This document shows positions 17,816 to 26,010 of a DNA stretch of 64,000 nucleotides, in pieces (within the stretch, counting starts at the first letter, position 1; every line of letters starts with the position of its first letter). The stretch is taken from the NCBI GenBank assembly GCA_029558955.1, contig JAKQCW010000180.1, positions 1,759 through 65,758 of the forward strand, given 5' to 3'. A program made the position numbers and the translations under genes. This DNA is from Chloroflexota bacterium (lineage in GTDB: Bacteria > Chloroflexota > Anaerolineae > JAAEKA01). The notes beneath the pieces were generated by a model. It was not told the DNA's origin, searched no databases, and saw only the letters and a list, made by a program, of their open reading frames with translations.

Positions 17816-19696
17816 CTAGTTGGCCAGCGCCTGCTGGATCAACTGCTGGAAGGCCTCGATGGGGTAGGCGCCGGGCAGCGGGACACGGTTGACGAAGAAG
17901 CCCGGCGTGCCGCGCACGCCATAGCCGACGCCCTGCTGCAAGTTGGCCTCCACGGCGGCGGTATGTTTGCCGCTGTCCAGGCACTGATCGAAGGTGGCCT
18001 GATCCAGGCCGAGCTGGCCGGCGAAGCCCTTGAAGATCTCCGCGGCAGTGGCCTGGCCAGACCACTGCTGTTGGGTCTGGAAGAGCATGTCGTGCATCTC
18101 CCAGTAGGCCTCCTGATCGCCAGCGCAGCGGGCCGCTTCAGCAGCTTTGGGCGCCTGGGGATGGATGGAGGTCAGCGGGAAATCCTTGAAGACATACTGC
18201 ACCGTGCCATCGTCGATGTATTTTTGCAGCTCAGGCCAGACCTGGGCGAAGTGGCGTTGGCAGAAGGGGCACTGATAGTCGGAGTATTCGACGATCACCA
18301 CAGGCGCGTTGGGGTCGCCCTTGGTGGCCGCGGCATCGTCCAGCGGCGCATCCTCCGGCAGCGGCGCGGGGGTCGGCTCCGGCGCGGGGGTCGGCTGCGG
18401 GGGCGGGGCGATGCTCAGCCCCTCGTTGACCATGGCGATGGCCCGACGGAAATTCTCGATGGGCTGGGCGCCCACGAAGGGCTGGCCGTCCAGGAAGAAG
18501 GTGGGGGTGCCCTGCACGCCGAAGTTCAGCCCCTCCATCAGGTCGGCCTGAACGGCCTCGGCATGGCGGCCGCTGCTCAGGCACTCGCCGAAGGCGGCGG
18601 CATCGGCAACGCCCGCCTCGCTGGCATAGCCGGCGAACAGCGCGGAGGGATCCGCCTCGCCGCCCCAGGTCCCCTGGTTGGCAAAGAGGATATCGTGCAT
18701 GGCCCAGAACGCGTCGTCGGCGCCGACCAGCTCCCGCACACAGCGGGCCGCCTCAGCCGCCTTCTGCGCGTTGGGATGGATCTGCTCCAGCGGGAAATCC
18801 TTGAAGACCAGCTTGGCCTGGCCGTTGTCGATGTATTCCTGCACCAACGTGGGCCAGGTCTGCGCGGCGAAACGGGCGCAGTAGGGGCACTGGAAATCGG
18901 AGTAGGTCACGATGGTCATGGGCGCGTTGGGGTCGCCCTTGACCGGCGCTCCCTCGATGGGGATGTCTACCCGCTGCGGGGCCTGAGCCTCCTGGCCGGC
19001 CGCGTTGGGATCGACCAGCGCGCCGCCTGCCAGCAGCGTGTCCAGCGCCTGCTGGAAGGCGGCCAGCGGCTGGGCGCCGACCACCAGGTTGCCATTGATC
19101 AGGAAGCTGGGGGTGCCGGAGATGCCCGCGGCCTGGCCATCTTGCAGATCCTGGGCGATGGCCGCATCGAACTCTCCGCTGCTCAGACAGGTCAGAAAGG
19201 CGGCCGTGTCCAGGCCCATCTGGCTGGCGTAGCTCTGGAAGGTCTCGCTGGGATCAGCCAGGCTCGACCATTCGTCCTGATTGCCGAAGAGCCGATCATG
19301 CATGCCCCAGTAGTCCCCCTGCTCGCCGGCGCAACGGGCAGCTACGGCCGCGGCCATGGCGTTGGGGTGCAGGCTCTCCAGCGGGAAATCGCGGAACTCC
19401 AGGCGCACCTTGCCGGCGTCGATGTATTGCTGCAACAGCGCGGGGTAGGTTTCTTCGACCCAGCGGGAGCAGAAGGGGCACTGATAGTCGGAGTATTCGA
19501 CGATGGTCACGGCGGCGTCGGGGTTGCCCTTGCTGCGCACATCGTCGCTGGCGGCCGCGGGCGCCGCGGGCGCGGCGCCCTCCTGGCTGGGAACGCTCGG
19601 CGCGACGCAGCCGGCTGCCATGATCAACACAGTCAGAAACAGGACAAACAGCATGGGAGCCAGCCGGTTCTGCGGCAGGCGAAGGTAGTTGTGCAT
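17816..19696 (-). CDS. Lipoprotein with three tandem DsbA/BdbD-like thioredoxin domains
   Basis: EYSDYQCPFC, TYSDFQCPYC and EYSDYQCPFC, each with a GTP cis-Pro loop. Lipobox AAGC. ATG 19696 after GAGGA. Confidence 0.9.
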   Translation of the reverse strand: MHNYLRLPQNRLAPMLFVLFLTVLIMAAGCVAPSVPSQEGAAPAAPAAASDDVRSKGNPDAAVTIVEYSDYQCPFCSRWVEETYPALLQQYIDAGKVRLEFRDFPLESLHPNAMAAAVAARCAGEQGDYWGMHDRLFGNQDEWSSLADPSETFQSYASQMGLDTAAFLTCLSSGEFDAAIAQDLQDGQAAGISGTPSFLINGNLVVGAQPLAAFQQALDTLLAGGALVDPNAAGQEAQAPQRVDIPIEGAPVKGDPNAPMTIVTYSDFQCPYCARFAAQTWPTLVQEYIDNGQAKLVFKDFPLEQIHPNAQKAAEAARCVRELVGADDAFWAMHDILFANQGTWGGEADPSALFAGYASEAGVADAAAFGECLSSGRHAEAVQADLMEGLNFGVQGTPTFFLDGQPFVGAQPIENFRRAIAMVNEGLSIAPPPQPTPAPEPTPAPLPEDAPLDDAAATKGDPNAPVVIVEYSDYQCPFCQRHFAQVWPELQKYIDDGTVQYVFKDFPLTSIHPQAPKAAEAARCAGDQEAYWEMHDMLFQTQQQWSGQATAAEIFKGFAGQLGLDQATFDQCLDSGKHTAAVEANLQQGVGYGVRGTPGFFVNRVPLPGAYPIEAFQQLIQQALAN

Positions 19697-19707
19697 GATT
19701 GGATTCC

Positions 19708-20685
19708 TCATCGTTGCGGATAATGGGTATTGACGTCCATGGGAGTGAAGTTGGCCGGCGTTTCGGCGTTTTCCTGCACGCTCGGCGCGGCGATGTAGCC
19801 ACATTCGCCCCCCACCAGCGGGCTGGCAGCCTGCGACTGAGAGACGGCGCTGGCGCTCCAGAGTGCAACAGCCAGGGCCAGGCTGATGGCCAGCCGGCGC
19901 AGCAGCCGTGGATCCAGGGATCTCCGGCCTGAGGGCTCGCCCTCCAAGAGGCGTTGGATGCGGCCAGCGGTGGCCGAGGGGCGGGCAGCCGCCAGGCTGG
20001 CGCGGGCTGGTGCAGGCGCGCCGGCCCGCAGCAGCTTCACCAGAGCCGCGGCCAGCGCGTGGTTTGCGCCGCAGGCCGCGTCGGCGTCAGCTTCCTTGGC
20101 TTCCATGTAGAGCTCACACAAGGCGGCGGCGGCGGGCAGGAAGAAAAGCGCCTGGGCCAGGCTGCGGGCCAACAGCACCCGCAGCGGGTCGCGCCGGCGC
20201 AGGTGATGGCGCTCATGGCGCAGCACCGCGGCCAGCTCGGCCTCATCCAGCAATGCCAGCAGGCCGCTGCTCAGCCAGATGGCCGGCCGCGCCAGGCCGG
20301 CGGCAAAGGCGTAGGGCTCCGGATCGTCCACCAGCGCCAGGCGGCCGGTCAGCCCCAGGGCGTCGACCAGTTGCGCCAGGCTGGGGGGGAGGGGGGAGCG
20401 CCGGCTGGCCAGATCCCCCAGCAGGGCGCGGGTGAAGCGCAGTTGGGAGAAGAGCTTGCCCAGGCCGGCCAGCGTCGCAGCCAGCAGCAGACCCAACGGC
20501 AGCAACAGCCCGGCCAGCGGCAGATAGCCCTCCACGGCCTGACTGGCGCTTTGGCAGGCCAGCCAGATGCCGCGCGCCAGGTGTGGACTCTGCCACGCCA
20601 GCAGCCCCAGCAGCAGGGCCGCCGTGGCCAGCGCCAACGCCAGCAGGGCAGCGAAGGCGGCGCTGGCGCTATTGCGGCTGGTCAT
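19708..20685 (-). CDS. M56-family (BlaR1/MecR1-like) membrane metallopeptidase
   Basis: AVLRHERHHLRRRDP (HExxH), EAKEADAD, RIQRLL. Directly downstream of the BlaI-like gene. Confidence 0.88.
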   Translation of the reverse strand: MTSRNSASAAFAALLALALATAALLLGLLAWQSPHLARGIWLACQSASQAVEGYLPLAGLLLPLGLLLAATLAGLGKLFSQLRFTRALLGDLASRRSPLPPSLAQLVDALGLTGRLALVDDPEPYAFAAGLARPAIWLSSGLLALLDEAELAAVLRHERHHLRRRDPLRVLLARSLAQALFFLPAAAALCELYMEAKEADADAACGANHALAAALVKLLRAGAPAPARASLAAARPSATAGRIQRLLEGEPSGRRSLDPRLLRRLAISLALAVALWSASAVSQSQAASPLVGGECGYIAAPSVQENAETPANFTPMDVNTHYPQR

Positions 20686-21115
20686 CGCCGGCCTCCATCT
20701 GCGCGCGTCGCCGTTCCTGCACCAGGCGTTCCAGCTCGGCCAACTGCTCTGGGTCGATCTCATCCAGCGTCTCCACGAACTGGGCCACGGCCAGGCTGCC
20801 GAAATCGCGCACCAGGCCGCCCATGATGGCCCGTGAGACGCGGCAGAGAAAGGCCTCGCGGCTCTGGCTGGCGCGATAGACGAAGGCGCGCGATACCCGC
20901 TGCCGGGTCAGGGCGCGCTTCTCCACCAGACGGTTGAGCACGGTCATCACCGTCTTGTAGTTGTAACTGGGCCCCAGATGGTCGCAGACCTGCTGCACGG
21001 TGGGCTGCTGCAAATCCCACACGGCCTCCATGACCTTGGCCTCCAGCTCGCCGAAGACGCGCGCCATGCCCTCCTGATGCAGACGAAAGGACTGGATGGG
21101 TAGGCTGTGGCTCAT
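20669..21115 (-). CDS. BlaI/MecI/CopY-family transcriptional repressor
   Basis: GELEAKVMEAVW, NYKTVMTVLNRLVEKR..RAFVY. No CopY C-terminal Cys motif. Confidence 0.92.
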   Translation of the reverse strand: MSHSLPIQSFRLHQEGMARVFGELEAKVMEAVWDLQQPTVQQVCDHLGPSYNYKTVMTVLNRLVEKRALTRQRVSRAFVYRASQSREAFLCRVSRAIMGGLVRDFGSLAVAQFVETLDEIDPEQLAELERLVQERRRAQMEAGDDQPQ

Positions 21116-21199
21116 ATTGCCTCTGAATCCTGCTAAGAAGCTGGCCCAAGGGCCCGGACGATTCCTGATCTTCCGGCGCGCCGAGGGCGGCATGCGAAG

Positions 21200-21235
21200 T
21201 CTTACGGATTATAAGAGCATGGCCATTTTTGTCAA
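21200..21235 (-). promoter_or_regulatory. Promoter of the BlaI operon with candidate operator
   Basis: TTGACA-16-TATAAT. Near-palindrome TCTTAC-N5-ATAAGA (21200-21216) overlaps the -10. Confidence 0.7.
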
Positions 21236-21280
21236 GATCGCCGAATCAACAAATGGGAACGCGCCCCACAAAAATACGCT

Positions 21281-21547
21281 GGTTGAGTAGGCCGCCGTAT
21301 CGAAACCACCGTTGGTTGAGTAGGCCGCCGTATCGAAACCACCGTTGGTTGAGTAGGCCGCCGTATCGAAACCACCGTTGGTTGAGTAGGCCGCCGTAGC
21401 GAAACCACCGTTGGTTGAGTAGGCCGCCGTATCGAAACCACCGTTGGTTGAGTTGGCCGCCGTATCGAAACCACCGTTGGTTGAGTTGGCCGCCGTATCG
21501 AAACCACCGTTGGTTGAGTTGGCCGCCGTATCGAAACCAACCGTTGG
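21281..21547. repeat. Tandem array of REP-like family A, 8 x 33 bp
   Basis: Unit GGTTGAGTAGGCCGCCGTATCGAAACCACCGTT. Last three copies carry GAGTTGG. No variable spacers. Confidence 0.92.
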
Positions 21548-21661
21548 CACCCAGCGGAGGGCTTCGACCCTTGCACCTGCGCTGCGCTTCGGCGCAAGTG
21601 CAGGTGTACGCCGCAGAAGGCTACTCAACCAGCGGCATCCGCCACGCCAAGGCAGGGCCGG

Positions 21662-21931
21662 CTATGCTGGCTCGGCCTCTTCCTCCTCCTCCCCGCCAGA
21701 CTCCAGCAGCTCGATGGCCTGGGCGGCCAGCGGCTCCGGCACAAAGACCCGCACCTCGGCCATGCCGCCGATGGTGAACCCGTAGACTTTGCTGGCGGCA
21801 TCGCCCTGCAACATCACCGGAATGCCGTTGCTCTCCAAGAAGCTCTTGACGATCTGAGCTTCCAGGTCGTTGGCGGCCACACACACCTCGACCGGCGGGC
21901 CGGGATGGATCGATTGGTCGTTGCTTGTCAT
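21662..21931 (-). CDS. DUF2007-like small protein
   Basis: EAQIVKSFLESNGIPVML..EVRVFVPE..A.ELL pattern. Confidence 0.75.
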   Translation of the reverse strand: MTSNDQSIHPGPPVEVCVAANDLEAQIVKSFLESNGIPVMLQGDAASKVYGFTIGGMAEVRVFVPEPLAAQAIELLESGGEEEEEAEPA

Positions 21932-21983
21932 CTTTCAATTCCCTTCGCAGATGCAGCGTTCTCCAAGATCGGGGTTTCCACCG

Positions 21984-22895
21984 TCACGCGTCGCCCGGTT
22001 CATCGACTGCGGCCGCGCTATCCACCGCCTCCGGCGCGCTGGCCGCGGGCGTGGGCTTCCAGTTGCGATGGCGCAGGATCAGACCGACGACGCCGATGAC
22101 CAGCAACATCAGGCTGATCAACTGGGCCGTGGCCAGGCCGGGCAGGCCGCTGACCCAGGCGTCGGGCCGGAACATCTCGACGATCAGGCGGCCCAGGGGG
22201 TACCAGATCAGATAGAAGAGGAAGATATCGCCGTCGCGCAGCCGGTGATACCAGCGGCGGCCCAAGATCATCACCAGGGCAAAGCCGACGACATTCCAAA
22301 GCGATTCGTAGAAAAAGGTGGGGTGGAAGCGGGTGACCGTCACATACTCCAAGATCTCCTGCGGCGAGCGTCCCAGCATCTCGGTGGGCGTCTGGAAGGG
22401 GAAGTTGGTGTTGATCTTGAAGCCCCAGGGCAGGGTGGTGGGGGGGCCGTAGAGCTCCTGGTTGATGAAGTTGCCGAAGCGACCCAGCGCCTGCGCCAGC
22501 AAGACGCCGGGGATGACGATGTCGAACCAACGCGGGATGTTGAGCCGCCGCACGCGCAGGTAGATCAGCAGGGCGAGGAAACCGCCCAACACCGCGCCGA
22601 AAATGCCCAGCCCGCGAAAGCCGCCCGACCAGAAATTGATGATGTCCAGCGGATGTTCGCGGTACCAGCTCCAGCCCAGCCCGCCCACCGGGTTGGAGAA
22701 GACGTGGTAAAGCCGTGCGCCGATGATGCCGGCGATCAGGATCCAGGGCAGCACGTTCCAGATGTGTTCCGGGTCTTCGCCGCGGCGCTTGGCCTCGAGG
22801 GTGGCGATCCAGGCGCCGACCACAGCGCCCGCCACGATCAACAATCCATACCAGGTTACGGAAAAAGGACCGATCGATATCAACACGGGATTCAT
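21984..22895 (-). CDS. lgt: Prolipoprotein diacylglyceryl transferase
   Basis: SVTWYGLLI, GARLYHV, QALGRFGNFINQELYG, HPTFFYES. Start at ATG 22895. Confidence 0.96.
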   Translation of the reverse strand: MNPVLISIGPFSVTWYGLLIVAGAVVGAWIATLEAKRRGEDPEHIWNVLPWILIAGIIGARLYHVFSNPVGGLGWSWYREHPLDIINFWSGGFRGLGIFGAVLGGFLALLIYLRVRRLNIPRWFDIVIPGVLLAQALGRFGNFINQELYGPPTTLPWGFKINTNFPFQTPTEMLGRSPQEILEYVTVTRFHPTFFYESLWNVVGFALVMILGRRWYHRLRDGDIFLFYLIWYPLGRLIVEMFRPDAWVSGLPGLATAQLISLMLLVIGVVGLILRHRNWKPTPAASAPEAVDSAAAVDEPGDA

Positions 22896-22941
22896 GCCAC
22901 GCTCCAAAACAGACGAGATGGCGCCAGGGCGGCGCGGCTGC

Positions 22942-22970
22942 ATTATACCCACAAGCAGACCACAGGCCAA
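22942..22970 (-). promoter_or_regulatory. Promoter for lgt
   Basis: TTGGCC-17-TATAAT. Confidence 0.6.
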
Positions 22971-22983
22971 GCTGCTGGCATGA

Positions 22984-23104
22984 CAGCAATTCCAAATATG
23001 GCGATTGCCAAACTGGAGTCGAGGCTTCAGCCGGGTTTGCACGCTCAACTCGCATCGTCCAGACCCGGCTGAAGCCTCGACTCCGCCCATATTTGGAATT
23101 GCTG
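22984..23104. mobile_element. 121-bp MITE-like element
   Basis: Perfect 17-bp TIRs CAGCAATTCCAAATATG (22984-23000 / 23088-23104). 9-bp direct repeat CTGGCATGA at 22975-22983 and 23105-23113. Internal GGAGTCGAGGCTTCAGCCGG palindrome. Confidence 0.85.
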
Positions 23105-23121
23105 CTGGCATGAGCCGCGGC

Positions 23122-23150
23122 TTGGCGCTTCCACAGCAAGCGCATATAAT
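23122..23150 (+). promoter_or_regulatory. Promoter for the deacetylase/GT operon
   Basis: TTGGCG-17-TATAAT. Confidence 0.6.
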
Positions 23151-23211
23151 ATTTGGCTATGTGGCGAGCTCACTGCTTGAAGAACAGCCAGCCGGGCTGT
23201 CAAGGTCTGCC

Positions 23212-24132
23212 ATGACCGGGCGCAAACCCATCGGCACCATTCAGGTCGACGTCGACGAACTGTGGGTATACTACGAAAGCATCGGCCGTCGGCCGCCGCC
23301 TGGCAGCCGCGCGCAGGTTTACCAGGAAGGCATCCCGCGTTTGCTGGCGCTCTTCGAACGTTTCGCCATACGCGCGACCTTTTTCGTCTGCGGCTGGGAT
23401 GCACCAGCCCAGGCCGCTTGGCTGGCCGAGATGCTGCGTCAGGGGCACGAGGTTGCCAACCATACTACCTGGCATCGCACCGGCTTTGCCCGCCTTAGCC
23501 GCGCTGAGAAGCGCGCCGACATCGCAACGACCCACCACTTGATCGCGGCAGCCTGCGGCCAGGCGCCAGTGGGCTTCAAGTCGCCCGGCTTCAGCTTTGC
23601 CGCCGACCAGTTGGCGGTGTTGGCTGACCTGGGCTATCGCTACGACTCGTCGATCCTGCCAACGTATTATGCGCCGCTGTTGCGCGGGCTGCAAAGGACT
23701 CTGTCTGGCGGGCAGGTCGATCCCAGCCACTACGGCCGCGCCAGCCACGGACGCGCGCCGCTCCACCCATACTACCCTGACCCATCAGCACCCCACCGCG
23801 CCGCCCAGTCGTCCAGTCGCCCGATCATCGAGTCTCCCGTCACCACCATGCCCATCCTGCGCCTTCCCATGCACAGCACCTTCGTGTTGACGGCCGGCCG
23901 GCCGCTCTTCGACGCGGGCCTGGCGCTGGCGCAGGCTCGCCGCGTGCCCATCAATTATCTGCTGCACGCCGCCGATGTGATCGACGCCGCGAACGACCCG
24001 GCTCTGGCCTCCTATCGTTTCCTGGCCATGCCGTGGGCGTCCAAACAACTGCTCTACGAGCACATGCTGCGCCGCCTGAGCCAGACGTATCATCTGATAC
24101 CCACCGCCGAGTTTCTGGCAAGCGCCGTCTGA
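23212..24132 (+). CDS. Polysaccharide deacetylase family protein (CE4/NodB-like)
   Basis: QVDVDE, RATFFVCG, HEVANHTTWH, GFKSPGFS, YDSS. Confidence 0.88.
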   Translation: MTGRKPIGTIQVDVDELWVYYESIGRRPPPGSRAQVYQEGIPRLLALFERFAIRATFFVCGWDAPAQAAWLAEMLRQGHEVANHTTWHRTGFARLSRAEKRADIATTHHLIAAACGQAPVGFKSPGFSFAADQLAVLADLGYRYDSSILPTYYAPLLRGLQRTLSGGQVDPSHYGRASHGRAPLHPYYPDPSAPHRAAQSSSRPIIESPVTTMPILRLPMHSTFVLTAGRPLFDAGLALAQARRVPINYLLHAADVIDAANDPALASYRFLAMPWASKQLLYEHMLRRLSQTYHLIPTAEFLASAV

Positions 24133-24162
24133 CCGCCCACCGTACACCGTTAACCATTTCCC

Positions 24163-24891
24163 ATGTCCCGTCACCTGCTCATCCTCCCAGCGCACAACGA
24201 GGCCAACAACTTGCCGCGCGTCATCCCTGAAGCCCGCGCAGCCGCGACCGACTATGATCTGGTGGTGATCGACGACGGCAGCCGGGATGCCACCGCGGCC
24301 GTGGCAGCCAGCCTGAACGCAGACGTGGTGAGCTTGCCGGTCAACTTGGGCTATGGCGGCGCGGTGCAAACGGGCTTCCGCTACGCCGTTGAACATGGCT
24401 ACGACCTGGCCGTAGTGATGGATTCCGATGGCCAGCACGACCCGGCCGGCATTGCGCTGCTGGCTGAGACAGTGCTCTCCGGGCAGGCTGACGTGGCGAT
24501 CGGTTCCCGCTTCCGTGGCCGCATGGCCTACCACCAGCCGTGGGTGAAGCGCGTGGGTATGCACCTGTTCGCCTGGACCGTCTCCAGGATCACCCAGCGC
24601 GAGGTCACCGATCCTACGTCCGGCTTTCAGGCGCTGAACCGCGCAGCGCTGCTCTTCTTTGCTTATGACAACTATCCAGTGGATTATCCCGACGCCGACA
24701 CCCTGCTGGTGCTGCACTTCGCCGGCTTCCGGGTGGTCGAAGTGCCCGTGACCATGCGCGAGCGGTTGAGCGGTGTGTCGATGCACAGCGGCTGGAAGCC
24801 CTTCTACTATGTTGTGAAGATGTGGCTGGCCATCAGCATGGTGCTGCTGCGCGAGCGAACCCACGTGTCGGCGCGGAGGATCTCGTCATGA
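24163..24891 (+). CDS. GT2 glycosyltransferase (DPM1-like)
   Basis: ILPAHNEA, IDDGSRD, NLGYGGAVQTG, MDSDGQHDP, DPTSGF. Confidence 0.9.
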   Translation: MSRHLLILPAHNEANNLPRVIPEARAAATDYDLVVIDDGSRDATAAVAASLNADVVSLPVNLGYGGAVQTGFRYAVEHGYDLAVVMDSDGQHDPAGIALLAETVLSGQADVAIGSRFRGRMAYHQPWVKRVGMHLFAWTVSRITQREVTDPTSGFQALNRAALLFFAYDNYPVDYPDADTLLVLHFAGFRVVEVPVTMRERLSGVSMHSGWKPFYYVVKMWLAISMVLLRERTHVSARRISS

Positions 24892-25307
24892 TGGCGCCGC
24901 TGCCCCGCCTGCTGGTCTTTGCCCTGGGTCTGACTGTGCTGCTGCTGGTGATCAACCTGGTGCGCAAGCGTCAGTTGCAGGAGCGCTATGCCATGCTGTG
25001 GCTGTTGGCCGGCCTGGCGCTGACCCTGGCGCCGGTGTTCATCCCCTGGCTGGATCACTTTGCCTTCAGCATCGGCTTCGAGTACCCGCCAGCCCTGCTG
25101 TTGCTGCTGGCGGTGGTAGGTCTGCTGCTGCTGATCTTCCAGCTCTCGCTGACCATCTCGCGAGACGAAGACCGTTTGAAAATCCTTACCCAGGAGCTTG
25201 GTCTGCTGCGCCACACCGTGGCCCACTTGCAGCGCGCCATCGACGACATGAACGACGACGCGCTGCCTGCGCCAGCAGAGTCCACTACCCCACCTGACCA
25301 TGACTAA
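24888..25307 (+). CDS. DUF2304-like membrane protein
   Basis: LVRKRQLQERYAMLWL, GFEYPPALL, LTQELGL. ATGA overlap with the GT2 gene, a common pairing. Confidence 0.82.
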   Translation: MMAPLPRLLVFALGLTVLLLVINLVRKRQLQERYAMLWLLAGLALTLAPVFIPWLDHFAFSIGFEYPPALLLLLAVVGLLLLIFQLSLTISRDEDRLKILTQELGLLRHTVAHLQRAIDDMNDDALPAPAESTTPPDHD

Positions 25308-26010
25308 CTTCGAACCCATGCCCTCGGACGACACCAGCGGCGCCGCCGTCAGCGCGACAGGCAGTGACGCGCTGCCGCCGTTGCGCATCCACGACAACAT
25401 CGGCGTGTGCGGCGTGCGCCAGGATACCCGCATGTTGGCCGAGATCGCTGCCGGCGACGTTGCCCCAGGCCGCGCCCTGGATCTGGGCACGGGCACCGGC
25501 TACATCGGCCTGTACCTGGCGCAACGCGGCTGGACCGTCGATGCCGTCGATGTCAGCCCGCGCGCCGTGGAGCTGGCCCAGGCCAATGCACAGCGCAACG
25601 GGCTGACGGCGGCTGGCGATCCCGGCAGCATACGCGTCTTTCACTCTAACCTCTTTGACCAGGTAGAAGGATCTTACGACCTGATTGCCTTCAACCCGCC
25701 CATGCGCCCCGACGAGACCGAACTGAGTCGCATTGTCACCAGCCTGCTGCGGCGTCACCCAGCCATCAGCCGCCTGCTGATGAACCTGTTGGGTGAACGC
25801 TTTGAACAGGGTCGCTCACCCTTTCTTGTCCAGGTCGTGGACGACGCCCGGCGACACCTGCGACCTGGTGGACGTCTGGTGCTGGGCATCAGCAGCGAAG
25901 AGGCGCATGAATTGGCTGCGCTGCCGGGCCTGCATCTGGTGGACGCCCGGCCCATTCCCGGCATGGCGCGCCAGGAGATCGCCGTCTACCTTTTCGAGGA
26001 CAGCCTATGA
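25300..26010 (+). CDS. Class I SAM-dependent methyltransferase (HemK/MTS-like)
   Basis: ALDLGTGTG, VDVSPRA, FNPPM. Confidence 0.85.
   Translation: MTNFEPMPSDDTSGAAVSATGSDALPPLRIHDNIGVCGVRQDTRMLAEIAAGDVAPGRALDLGTGTGYIGLYLAQRGWTVDAVDVSPRAVELAQANAQRNGLTAAGDPGSIRVFHSNLFDQVEGSYDLIAFNPPMRPDETELSRIVTSLLRRHPAISRLLMNLLGERFEQGRSPFLVQVVDDARRHLRPGGRLVLGISSEEAHELAALPGLHLVDARPIPGMARQEIAVYLFEDSL

Noticed and set aside
17789-19723. 644-aa plus-strand ORF
   Set aside because: Antisense shadow of the triple-DsbA gene caused by high GC3. The same applies to 42886-44880, 14829-16682, 5576-7033, 36777-38036, 54168-55484 and similar ORFs.
19708-21115. Beta-lactam resistance (bla/mec) locus
   Set aside because: No beta-lactamase or PBP2a gene and no penicillin-binding sensor domain. 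The MBL-fold gene at 60483 is unlinked and has HGDIDH rather than a B1 lactamase signature.
21281-21547. CRISPR array (33-bp periodicity)
   Set aside because: Units are head-to-tail and near-identical with no unique spacers, there are no cas genes, and the core matches the dispersed family A palindrome.
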